This document shows, piece by piece, positions 21,370-30,508 of a stretch of DNA of 64,000 nt. The notes below the pieces were generated by a model. The model worked only from the letters and a program-made list of their open reading frames with translations. It did no database searches and was not told where the DNA came from. The DNA comes from an uncultured Actinomycetota bacterium. Its GTDB lineage: Bacteria; Actinomycetota; Actinomycetes; Mycobacteriales; Mycobacteriaceae. Position numbers and translations under genes: made by a program. The stretch's first letter is position 1; the number at the start of each line of letters is the position of its first letter. Location of the stretch: NCBI GenBank assembly GCA_963707745.1, contig CAVPRG010000002.1, positions 8,833-72,832 on the forward strand, given 5' to 3'.

Positions 21370-22584
21370 GTGACAGCAGCAGGAGCATTCGACGGAGTTC
21401 GGGTCATCGAGCTTGCGCAGTGGGTCTTCGTGCCCGTCGCGGGCGCCCTGCTCGCGGATTGGGGCGCCGACGTGATCCGCATCGAGCGTCTCGACGGTGA
21501 CCCCTACCGAGGCCTGGCCACTCAAGGCATCGGCACCGACAGCGGTGGTGTGAATCTGTCCATGGCGCTTGCCAATCGGGGCAAGCGGTCCGTCGCACTC
21601 GACCTGCGCAAGCCGCACGGCCTCGACGCGCTCCACGACCTGCTCGCCACGGCTGACGTGCTGCTGACGAGTCTGCGGCCCGGAGCGCTCGAACGTTTGG
21701 GACTCGGTGCCGAGGCGGTTCGCAAGCGCTACCCGAAGCTGATCTACGCCCGCGGCAACGGCTTCGGCGTCAACGGACCCGACGCCGACCAGCCGGGCTA
21801 CGACAGTTCCGCGTTCTGGGCCCGCGGAGGCGTCGGCCACATGCTGACCCCTGCCGAGCGGGACTATCCGATCAGCCAACGCGGCGCGATGGGCGACCGC
21901 AACGGTGCCATGGCACTGGCGTTCGGCATCGCCGGGGCATTGTTGAAACGGACCCGCACCGGCGAGGGCTCGGTGGTCGACGTCTCGCTGCTCGCCACGG
22001 CGATGTGGATGTTGTCCTCGGATCTTCTTGCAGCGCTCAACGGCGGTGAGGTCAAGCCTGCGTCAGGACGCACCGCACTGTTCAGCCCGCTCACGGCCAC
22101 GTACCGCACGAAGGACGACCGCCACGTCCAGTTGATGTTCCTTCAGGGCGACAGGTACTGGCCGGAATTCTGCCGGACCGTTGGCCGTCCTGATCTCGCC
22201 GACGATCCGCGATTCGTCGACATGGCGGGGCGGCGCACGAACGCCGCCGCGTGCGTGGCCGAGCTCGACGCGATCTTCGCCGAGCACACGCTGGAGGAGT
22301 GGAAGGCGATCCTCGCGAAGCTGGACGCGCCTTGGTCGCCCATCCAGTCCATCCAGGAGCTGGTCGACGACCCCCAGGTGATCGCCAATTCGTATGTCGG
22401 CGACGTCGAGACCGGGGATGGAGTTTCCTACCGATTGCCCACCGTCCCAGTGCAATTCGATGGCCAGCCGCCCGAACTTCGACGGGCGCCGGAGCATGGC
22501 GAGCACACGGAGGCGATCCTGAACGAACTTGGCTACGACTGGGACCGCATCGGCGAGTTGGCCGACGAGGGCGTCATACCGTGA
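21370..22584 (+). CDS. CaiB/BaiF family III CoA-transferase
   Basis: GTG at 21370 follows GGAGG. Translation includes FDGVRVIELAQWVFVPVAGALLADWGADVIRIE and GYDSSAFWARGG. Confidence 0.88.
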   Translation: MTAAGAFDGVRVIELAQWVFVPVAGALLADWGADVIRIERLDGDPYRGLATQGIGTDSGGVNLSMALANRGKRSVALDLRKPHGLDALHDLLATADVLLTSLRPGALERLGLGAEAVRKRYPKLIYARGNGFGVNGPDADQPGYDSSAFWARGGVGHMLTPAERDYPISQRGAMGDRNGAMALAFGIAGALLKRTRTGEGSVVDVSLLATAMWMLSSDLLAALNGGEVKPASGRTALFSPLTATYRTKDDRHVQLMFLQGDRYWPEFCRTVGRPDLADDPRFVDMAGRRTNAAACVAELDAIFAEHTLEEWKAILAKLDAPWSPIQSIQELVDDPQVIANSYVGDVETGDGVSYRLPTVPVQFDGQPPELRRAPEHGEHTEAILNELGYDWDRIGELADEGVIP

Positions 22585-22994
22585 CCGCGGACCGTCCCCT
22601 GCCGGTGCCCGATGACACCTCGGCACCGTACTGGGCCGCAACGGCCCAACACGTCCTCACGGTGGCTCGCTGCGGGCAGTGCGGCGCCCTGACCCTTCCG
22701 CCCGACGTGATGTGTACGGCGTGCGGTTCGACCGATCCCGCGTACGAGTTCACCCCGGTGAGCGGACGTGCGGTCGTGCGGTCCTGGACGGTGGTGCGCC
22801 AGTCCTTCCTGCCCGGCTTCGATGTGCCGTTCGTCCTGGTCGACGTCGAACTCCCAGAGCAAGCCGACCTCCGGCTCATCGGTCGGCTGCTCGACGGCGT
22901 CGAGGCCGACTTGCGAATCGGTGCGGAGGTACGGGTGGCCTTCGAGGACCTCACGGCCGAAATCGCCGTTCCTGCCTTCGAGTTGGTTCGATGA
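22581..22994 (+). CDS. DUF35 OB-fold / zinc-ribbon protein
   Basis: GTGA overlap with the CaiB stop. Translation has APYWAATAQHVLTVARCGQCGALTLPPDVMCTACGS (rubredoxin-like 4-Cys) followed by an OB fold. Confidence 0.85.
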   Translation: MTADRPLPVPDDTSAPYWAATAQHVLTVARCGQCGALTLPPDVMCTACGSTDPAYEFTPVSGRAVVRSWTVVRQSFLPGFDVPFVLVDVELPEQADLRLIGRLLDGVEADLRIGAEVRVAFEDLTAEIAVPAFELVR

Positions 22995-24189
22995 CCGTCG
23001 ACGGCGCAGTACGTAGCCGGGTCGCCGTCGTCGGCTACGCCCACAGCATGATCGAGCGCCGCGGCGACCGCGCCATCGGCGCCGTGGCGGTCGACACGGC
23101 GAGGGCCGCAATCGCCGATGCGGGGCTCTCGGTGGATCAGGTCGACGGGTTCGTGAGCTCGAGCCTGTTGCCGAGCGCAGGTGGTCGTCAGGTGGTCGAC
23201 GGCGTCAGTATCGTGTCGTCGGCGTGGCTGGCCCGCAGCCTCGGAGCCAACCCGCGGTACGTTGCGGGGTTCGACGGCATCGGCCAGCTCAGTGGCTCAG
23301 TCGGCATGGGCGTCAACGCGGTCATCAGCGGCGCCGCCGACTACGTTCTGGTGCACCGGGCACTGCACAACCCGAAGGGCAGCTACCACGGCAACCCGAT
23401 GCGCGAGATCCGCGGCGCCCAGCAGTGGACCGCGCCCAGGGTTTCTTCGGGCCGCTGGCCATGATCGCGCTGCCCTACACCGAGTACCTCCAACGTTACG
23501 GTGCGCGAAGGGAATCGATGGCCGCCGTCGTGACAGAGGCCAGAAAGAACGGCGCGCGCATCCCATGGTCCTACTGGCGCGACAAGCCCCTGACCGTCGA
23601 GCAGTACCTTGCCGAGCCGACGTTGGTGGATCCGATCTGCCGGTTGGACTGCGACATTCCGGTCGACGGGGTCGCCACGTTCGTGCTCACGTCGGCCGAG
23701 CGGGCGCGGGACCTACCGAACCGGCCGGTGTACGTCGCGGGGTACGCGGGCAGCGCAGGTGGCCCGCGGCGGTTGCCGTTGCACTGGCCGCTCGACGACG
23801 TCGCCAACGGTGGCGCAGACACCGTCCAAAGACTCTGGCGCCAAACCGGACTCACGATCAATGACGTCGACCTGCCTCAGGTCTACGATGGCTTTTCGCC
23901 GTTCGTGTGGTTCTGGCTCGAGGCGCTTGGCGTCTGTCCGGCCGGCGAGGCGCATCGTTTCGTCGACTCCGGCGGCATCGACAGCGACGTTCCTGGCGGC
24001 ATTCCGGCGCTGTCGGGCGGGGGCGCGCTGGGCAACGGCCGCATGCACGGCGTGCCCCAGATGTTGGAGTGCTACCTGCAGCTGTCGGGCCGCGCAGGGG
24101 ACCGCCAGCGTGACGTGTCGGTCGGCCTCGCTTGTCAATCGGCGCCGCATTTCGGCGGCGTTGTGGCCTACTCGTCGGAACCGTGGTGA
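22991..24189 (+). pseudogene. Thiolase-like (SCP-x / lipid-transfer-protein type) gene with a 1-nt frame break
   Basis: ATGA overlap with the DUF35 stop. The N-terminal part reads MTVDGAVRSRVAVVGYAHS...AQQWTAP in the frame of ORF 22679..23464. It continues as QGFFGPLAMIALPYTEYLQRYG...SGGGALGNGRMHG in ORF 23224..24189. One C appears to be missing at CCC 23435-23437. Confidence 0.82.
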
Positions 24190-24193
24190 ACGG

Positions 24194-25780
24194 CTAGCGC
24201 GGAAGTAGGTCGTGCCACGTCTTCCCAGCCGCGGGCGTGGCCAGGTCGGTCTGCTGATAGACGTTGCCGTCGGGGCCGACGTACCGACCGGTCTGCGGAT
24301 CATAATGGGCGGACGCGAAAGATCCCTGAGCAGAAGTGCTGTTGGAGAACGAATTCGGAGTAGCAGCAGGCGCGTCGTCGGGGCCGGGAGGCGCTAAGTC
24401 CGGCGCGGGTGGGCCCGGCGGAGGGCCAAGTGGCGCCGGTGCGCCGTCGGTGGGCGCGCCGACCTCGGCCGCCGGCGGTGGTGTGCCCTCGACGGGAGCG
24501 TAGGTGTTCTCGTTGAGGACCGCTCGCGAGTCCGGCGGAACCCCCTGGGCGATGAGGTTGGGGTCGAACGGAGTTGGGCCGAACGCGTGCTGATGCATCG
24601 CGAGCGGTTCGTAGGGCCTGTCGCTGTTGCAGATCTCCACCGTCGGCGCCCGCTTGCCAGGGTGGCCCATGCAGGGGTTGTTGCGGACGCCGCGCACCGC
24701 GATCGGGGAGTCCTGCGGCAGTTTGCAATACAGCCCGTCCGGGGTGTCGACTACCGTTTCGTCTCCGGGCGAGCGCCACTCGGACGGGGGCAGAAAGCCG
24801 ACCGTACATGGTGGTGGGTCGCCGTTCATGAGCGAAAAGGCGCCGAAGGACAGGCCCACCGAATTGTTCAACTGCGACAGCGACCCGAAACCCGCGACGT
24901 AGGGCGGTAACAACACCAACAACTGCCGCAGTGATGGGTTGTAGGTGACCCCGACTTCACCGACCGTAGTCAGATTGGCCAGCAGCGTGGGCAGGGTCGG
25001 CTTCAATTGTTCGAGCAGCCGGGCTGCTTCCTGAAAGGCGTCTGGCCCGGTCTTCAAGATGGTGCGCACGTCGGGGTCGTGGCGGACGATTTGTCCGGTG
25101 ACGGCGTTGAGCTTGCTCGTCCACGTCCGCAACGCATCGACGCTTTGGGTCTGAGAGTCGAGCAGCGGCGCGCTGTCCTCGATGAGCGTTCGCGTCCGGT
25201 CGGCCGTCGCGTTGGCGTCGGAGGCGATCCGCGACCCGGAATCGAGCAACGATCCGACGTCGTATCCGGCGCCGTTGAAGGCCTGGAACGACTCGTCGAG
25301 CAGATCGGTGAGCCTGTCCTTCGGCACGCTGCCGACGAGTGCACTGAGTTGATCGAGGACGGGTCCCACCTTCTGTGGGACGGTCGTGTCCTCGCGTCTG
25401 ATGAGCGAGCCGTCCGTCAGGAACGGCGGCCCGTCGCCCAGGGGAACCAGGTCGACGTACTGTTCTCCCACCGCGGAAACGCTGCGTACGTTGGCCTGCA
25501 CGTGCGCGGGAATCCGTGGAGAGGCTTGCAGGGCCAGCTCTGCCGTCGCCCCCCGTGGAGTCGGTGTCACGCTCGACACCTTGCCGATCTGAACCCCCCG
25601 GTAGGTGACGTTGCCGAACCGGTAAAGACCTCCAGTAGCGGGCAACTCGACCGTTACGGTGATGTGCCCGATGCCGAACCACGTCGGCACCTGTAGGTAG
25701 CTGAAGGCCATCACAAAGACACCGATCACCGAGACGACGGTGAACAGGATCAGCTGGAACCGGACGAGGCGCGTCAACAT
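24194..25780 (-). CDS. mceF: MCE-family protein, sixth position (MceF-type)
   Basis: 528 aa with an N-terminal TM segment plus MCE domain (TVELPATGGLYRFGNVTYRGVQIGKV) and a Pro-rich C-terminus. Its start overlaps the upstream stop by 1 nt. Confidence 0.88.
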   Translation of the reverse strand: MLTRLVRFQLILFTVVSVIGVFVMAFSYLQVPTWFGIGHITVTVELPATGGLYRFGNVTYRGVQIGKVSSVTPTPRGATAELALQASPRIPAHVQANVRSVSAVGEQYVDLVPLGDGPPFLTDGSLIRREDTTVPQKVGPVLDQLSALVGSVPKDRLTDLLDESFQAFNGAGYDVGSLLDSGSRIASDANATADRTRTLIEDSAPLLDSQTQSVDALRTWTSKLNAVTGQIVRHDPDVRTILKTGPDAFQEAARLLEQLKPTLPTLLANLTTVGEVGVTYNPSLRQLLVLLPPYVAGFGSLSQLNNSVGLSFGAFSLMNGDPPPCTVGFLPPSEWRSPGDETVVDTPDGLYCKLPQDSPIAVRGVRNNPCMGHPGKRAPTVEICNSDRPYEPLAMHQHAFGPTPFDPNLIAQGVPPDSRAVLNENTYAPVEGTPPPAAEVGAPTDGAPAPLGPPPGPPAPDLAPPGPDDAPAATPNSFSNSTSAQGSFASAHYDPQTGRYVGPDGNVYQQTDLATPAAGKTWHDLLPR

Positions 25781-27046
25781 CAGCTACCCGCCGCTGCCGC
25801 TGAGTACGGTCCGGCGAAGATCGGCGACGTTGCACCGATCTGCGGCGTGGTCAGCGGCGGAGGAGCGACTGGCAGCGGCGCCTGGGGAACGACTGGCGCT
25901 TCGGGTGGCATCGTCGCGGTCGCTGGATCGCCCTGGGGCGGCGGTGGCGCGATGCCGGCGTTCAGCGGGTCGTAGGTGTAGTTGAAGTGGACCGGATCAC
26001 CTGGTGCGGGCGTCAACTCGGCGTTCGGGTCGCCCCAGCGAGTGCCGAGGAACAGTGAGCGCTTGAGCCGGGGGACGGTCAGGTCGAGGCTGGCGAAGAT
26101 GTTGATGTAGTCACCCCGGATGGCGCGGTCGATGAAGTTCTGTCCGAGGGGAAAGGTCGGCAGGTAGGCCAGCACCGTGCCGAGGTCCGGGCCGACGTCG
26201 ACGAGGGCCTTCAGCGTCGGCTTCGAGGTTGGTGAGGTTGTGGACGAGGTCGTCCTTGGTGGCGTTGACCACCTTGGTGGCGGTGTCACTGAACTCACCC
26301 AGCTTCTGCATGGCAGTGACGATTCGGGCGCGTTCGGCCAGCAGCACGTCGAGCGCCGGGGGGATGGTGTGGAGTGCATCGGTGATCTGGTCCTTGTCGG
26401 CAGCCAGGGTGTTGGTGAGCCGATCGAGTGCCGTGATGGCCGCACTGAAGTTGTCGCACTGCTCGTCGACCGTCCCAATGAACGTGTTCAAGCGCGTGAT
26501 CAGTTCTCGGACGTCGCCCTCGCGTCCGGTCAGCGCAGTCGCAGTGCTGTGTATCAAGTCGCCGATTTGTCCCAGCCCACCCGCGTTGACGACGACGGAC
26601 AGCGAGGACAGCGTCTGCTCGGTCGATGGGTACACCGACGATCGATTCAATGCGATCGTCGATCCTGGCGCGAGTCTGCCGCGCGGCTGCTCACCCACCG
26701 GCGGATCGAGCGCGAGGTGCATGGAGCCGAGCAGGCTGGTCTGTCCGATTCGGGCCATCGCATTCTCGGGCACGGTCACGTCGGGCTTGACGCGTACGTC
26801 GACGACGGCGTGCCAGTTCCGCACGCCGATCTTGCCGACGCTACCCACGACGACGTCGTCGATCATGACCGGCGAGTTCGATTCCAGCGTGACCACATTG
26901 GCGATCTCGACGTGGTAGACCGCGTTGCCCGAACCGCTCGCGACCGCACCGGGCAGCGGCAATGAGTTGACACCGCCGAATCCGCAGGAGGTGAGGGTCA
27001 GTACGGCGCAGCTCGCGGCGGCGAGTCGGCCGATGCGGGTCATCAC
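25780..27046 (-). pseudogene. mceE: MCE-family lipoprotein, fifth position (MceE/LprK-type), frame broken
   Basis: ORF 26111..27046 starts MMTRIGRLAAASCAVLTLTSCG (lipobox) and reads to ...DLVHNLTNLE. It continues as PTLKALVDVGPDLGTVLAYLPTFPLGQNF... in ORF 25780..26478. One extra base lies near 26222-26223. Confidence 0.82.
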
Positions 27047-28428
27047 GATGGCGGTGTCCCTTCGACCGGTGGCACAGGTGAGATCGGCGCGGGCGTGGCT
27101 TCGGCGGGCAGCAGCATGTCTCCCACGGTGGGCGCCACGGCGTCTGCGGGAGGCGTCGGCGGTCCGAAACCAGGCGGCGGTGGAACGTCGCCGTTGAGTC
27201 CGGTATAGGCGGACACTGCGGGCGGTTGCTCAGGAGGTCCGGGTGGGGCACCGGGTCCACCTGGCGCGAGAGCGGGGTCGGTGTAGACGATCTTGTCTGG
27301 AATCACCGTCGGTGCCAGCATGGGATTGATCGGTGGCCCTGGCAGAAAGTTGAAGTTCAACAACCGCAGTGCCGGGCCGAGGTAGTCCGCGCACAGCTTG
27401 CCCGTCTCTGCGGCCGTCACGTCCGCGACGCCGCCGATGGCGGCACAGATGAACGTCACTGGGTTGGCGAGATTGGGGAGGACGAACGTGCCCACGGCAC
27501 CGGGCAGATTCGGGTTCAAGATGTTGTAGGAGTTGGCGAACGCGGTTGGTGCGACGTGCAGGATGTTCTCGACGTCCAGGCGGTGGTCGGCCAGCACCTG
27601 GGTGACGTTGGCCAGCCGCTGGATCTGTTCGGCGGTCTTGTCCCGGGTACCCGCGACGAAGCGCTTGACCTCGCCTACGGCGATGGCGAGCTGCGACAAG
27701 GTGGTGCCTAGATCGTTTCTGCTGTCGTCGAGCATCGTGCTGAAGGTGGCCAGCCGGTCGCCGAACAGCACCAATTGGTCGCTGCTGTTGTGCAATGCCG
27801 TGACGAAGGTCTGAAGGTTCGAGATGGTGGCGACGACGTCCGGGCTGCCGTCGGACAGGATTCGCGCGAACTGGGACAGTTGGGCGAATGTCTGACGCAG
27901 TTTTTGGCCGTTGCCGTCCATCGCGTTGGCGGTGCTGTCGATGAACCTGCCCACGGAGCTTGTTGACATCGCGCTGTCTGGTCCGAGTTCGGTAGCCAGA
28001 CGGGACAATTGCGTCTTGACTTCATCCCATTCGATGGGCACGGCGGTGCGCTCCACGGGGATGGTCGAACCGCTGGCCATTCGCGGCGAGCCCGGCGTGT
28101 ATAGCGGAGCCAACTGGACGTAGCGGGCGGCCACCAGGTTCTGCGCGATCATCACCGCCTTGGCATCGGCGGGGACGCGTACCTGGTGGTCGACCTCGAG
28201 CGTGACCGCAGCGCGGTCGGGTTGCGGCGTGATGGAGCGGATCGTGCCGACCCGCACACCCGCGATGCGCACCTCGTCGCCGGGGTATAGCCCAGTGGCC
28301 GAGGAGAAGTACGCCGTGATGGTCTGTGGGGCGAAGACGCTTTGGCGCACTGCGAAGCCGGCGCCGAACGCCAGGAGTACGGCCAGTACGACGAGCAGGA
28401 CCTGCCTTGACCGGCGTCGCGCGGTCAC
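27043..28428 (-). CDS. mceD: MCE-family protein, fourth position (MceD-type)
   Basis: ORF 27043..28461. A GTG at 28428 gives a GTGA overlap with the upstream stop. TM segment plus MCE domain (ITAYFSSATGLYPGDEVRIAGVRVGTI). Confidence 0.88.
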   Translation of the reverse strand: MTARRRSRQVLLVVLAVLLAFGAGFAVRQSVFAPQTITAYFSSATGLYPGDEVRIAGVRVGTIRSITPQPDRAAVTLEVDHQVRVPADAKAVMIAQNLVAARYVQLAPLYTPGSPRMASGSTIPVERTAVPIEWDEVKTQLSRLATELGPDSAMSTSSVGRFIDSTANAMDGNGQKLRQTFAQLSQFARILSDGSPDVVATISNLQTFVTALHNSSDQLVLFGDRLATFSTMLDDSRNDLGTTLSQLAIAVGEVKRFVAGTRDKTAEQIQRLANVTQVLADHRLDVENILHVAPTAFANSYNILNPNLPGAVGTFVLPNLANPVTFICAAIGGVADVTAAETGKLCADYLGPALRLLNFNFLPGPPINPMLAPTVIPDKIVYTDPALAPGGPGAPPGPPEQPPAVSAYTGLNGDVPPPPGFGPPTPPADAVAPTVGDMLLPAEATPAPISPVPPVEGTPPS

Positions 28429-29486
28429 CGGGACCCTCCCGGAATCCCGTTGTGAGGCCACGGGAAGATTGCCCGTGGCATGTTCGGATCGCCTGCGCGG
28501 AAGCCGAACGCGTAGTCGAGGAATGGCTGGAGCAGTTCCGGGATCGCCAGGTTCGGCACGTAGGCGTTGTAATACGGCCCGCTGGAGACGGATTCACTGG
28601 TGGTGATCTCGAACTTCTTCAGACCGGGCAGCACCTTGGACAGGTTGTCGCGATTCTTCTCGAGCATCGCCGTGACGGCGTTGAGCCGATCCAGGGTCGG
28701 AGCCAGTTCGGCTTCGTTGTCCTTGACCAAACCGGTCAGGTTTTCGGCCACTGCCACCGTGTTGGCCAGTAAAGCGCTGATGGCTTGGCGGCGCTCCACC
28801 AGCACGGCGAACAGGTCGTTGGCATCGAGGATGAGCGTATTGACCTGTTGACTGCGCTGGGCCAGCACTTGGCTGACGGTGGCGGCGTGTTTCAACAACT
28901 CGCCGAGGGTTTCGCTGCGGCTGTTCAGCGAACGTGACAGCCTGTTCAACCCGTCGAGAGTTGGGCCCAGTTGCGGCGCAACCTGATCGAGGGTGGCCGA
29001 CAGCGTGTCCAGCGACTGATTGAGCGACTCGGTGTCGGTGGCGGCGACGTTGGTCGTCGTGTCGTTGACGGCTTCGTTGAGAGAGTACGGCGAGCCCGTC
29101 CGTGACAACGGGATGACGTCGCCGGCGTGCATGACGTCTCGTCCCGACGGTTCCAGGGTCACTATTCGCGCCCCGAGAAGCGAACCGGTCCTGATGTGGG
29201 CCGTGGTCTGGCTTCCCAGCCGCGTCCTGCTATCGACCACGAACGTCACCACGGCGCCGCGCTCGCCAAGAGTCACATCGGTGACGCTGCCAACCTTGAC
29301 TCCTGACACCTTGACTTCGTTGCCCGCGCTGAGTCCGCCGGCCTCGGTGAACTCCGCCTGGTAGCGAAGGGAGTTGGCCCAACTGGTGATTCGGTCGGGT
29401 TGCAGACCCACGGCGATGACGAGCATGACGAGGACGACGCCTAGGAATCCGACGCGGGCGATATTGGCGTTGCGATACTTGAGCAT
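28425..29486 (-). CDS. mceC: MCE-family protein, third position (MceC-type)
   Basis: The real start MLKYRNANIARVGFLGVVLV at 29486 overlaps the upstream stop (TAATG). MCE domain AEFTEAGGLSAGNEVKVSGVKVGSV. Confidence 0.86.
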   Translation of the reverse strand: MLKYRNANIARVGFLGVVLVMLVIAVGLQPDRITSWANSLRYQAEFTEAGGLSAGNEVKVSGVKVGSVTDVTLGERGAVVTFVVDSRTRLGSQTTAHIRTGSLLGARIVTLEPSGRDVMHAGDVIPLSRTGSPYSLNEAVNDTTTNVAATDTESLNQSLDTLSATLDQVAPQLGPTLDGLNRLSRSLNSRSETLGELLKHAATVSQVLAQRSQQVNTLILDANDLFAVLVERRQAISALLANTVAVAENLTGLVKDNEAELAPTLDRLNAVTAMLEKNRDNLSKVLPGLKKFEITTSESVSSGPYYNAYVPNLAIPELLQPFLDYAFGFRAGDPNMPRAIFPWPHNGIPGGSR

Positions 29487-30508
29487 TAGGGCTCCGCGCA
29501 CCTTCCCGCTCGCTGCTTGAGCCACGGGAAGACTGCCGTGCGTCCCTGAAGATCGGTGACCCGCAAGGTGATACCGCACAGGTAGTAGTTGACGAAGCTT
29601 CCGTAGGACCCGACCCTGGTGAGTTTGCGGTAATTTTCAGGTGCCCGTTGCAGCGCCACTTCGAGTAGGTCCTTGTCCTTGTCCACCAGTGGTGCAAGCC
29701 GGTTGAGCTGGTCGATCGTGGCCGCCAGCGGGGGTCGGGCGCTCGTCAGTAGATCGGCAATGGATGCGGTGCCGTTGCTCAACGACTCGACCGCAGTGCC
29801 GATCGTGTCGCGGTCGTTGGCCAACTCGGTGGTGAGCTGCTGGAACTTGTCCAGTGCTCCCGAGAACCGGTCACCCTCCTTGCCCAGTGTGGCGAGCACC
29901 GTGTCGAGGTTGTCGACCAGTGACTCCAACGCAGTGTTGTTGTCCGCCAACGTGTTCGAGAACGATGACGTCTTGCTCAGCAATGACTGCAACGTGTCGC
30001 CCTGCCCCTGGAAGATCTGGAGCAACGCGTTCGTCAACGCGTTGACGTCGCGCGGGTCCAGGCCCCGAATGACTGGTTTCAGCCCGCCGAGCAGCAGGTC
30101 GAGGTCCAGCGCCGGTTCGGTCTGGCCGATCGGGAGATGGGCGCCGCGAGGCAGCACCCGCGTGGAGCCTGGCCCGTCGAGCAGTTCCAGGTAGCGATCG
30201 CCAACCAGGTTGAGATAGCGCACGGCAGCGCGCGTGCCGGTGGTGAGCACGACGTCCTGGTCGGCGTCGAAGGACACCGCCACAGTGTTGTCGTCCCGAA
30301 GCCTCACCGAGGTGACTGTCCCCACCCGCACGCCCGCCACCCGGACCGAGTCACCGGACTTCAGGCTCGACGCGTCCCGGAAGACAGCCGAGTAATCACT
30401 GGTCGAACCGCCTCGGAGTTGCGCGAACACCGCGAAGAGGCATCCCGTCAGCAACGCCATCACGACGGTGAAGACGCCGAGTTTGGCGGCGGTTCTGCCC
30501 ATGCTCAT
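29486..30508 (-). CDS. mceB: MCE-family protein, second position (MceB-type)
   Basis: The start MSMGRTAAKLGVFTVVMALLTGCLF at 30508 overlaps the mceA stop (ATGA). MCE domain AVFRDASSLKSGDSVRVAGVRVGTV. Confidence 0.86.
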   Translation of the reverse strand: MSMGRTAAKLGVFTVVMALLTGCLFAVFAQLRGGSTSDYSAVFRDASSLKSGDSVRVAGVRVGTVTSVRLRDDNTVAVSFDADQDVVLTTGTRAAVRYLNLVGDRYLELLDGPGSTRVLPRGAHLPIGQTEPALDLDLLLGGLKPVIRGLDPRDVNALTNALLQIFQGQGDTLQSLLSKTSSFSNTLADNNTALESLVDNLDTVLATLGKEGDRFSGALDKFQQLTTELANDRDTIGTAVESLSNGTASIADLLTSARPPLAATIDQLNRLAPLVDKDKDLLEVALQRAPENYRKLTRVGSYGSFVNYYLCGITLRVTDLQGRTAVFPWLKQRAGRCAEP

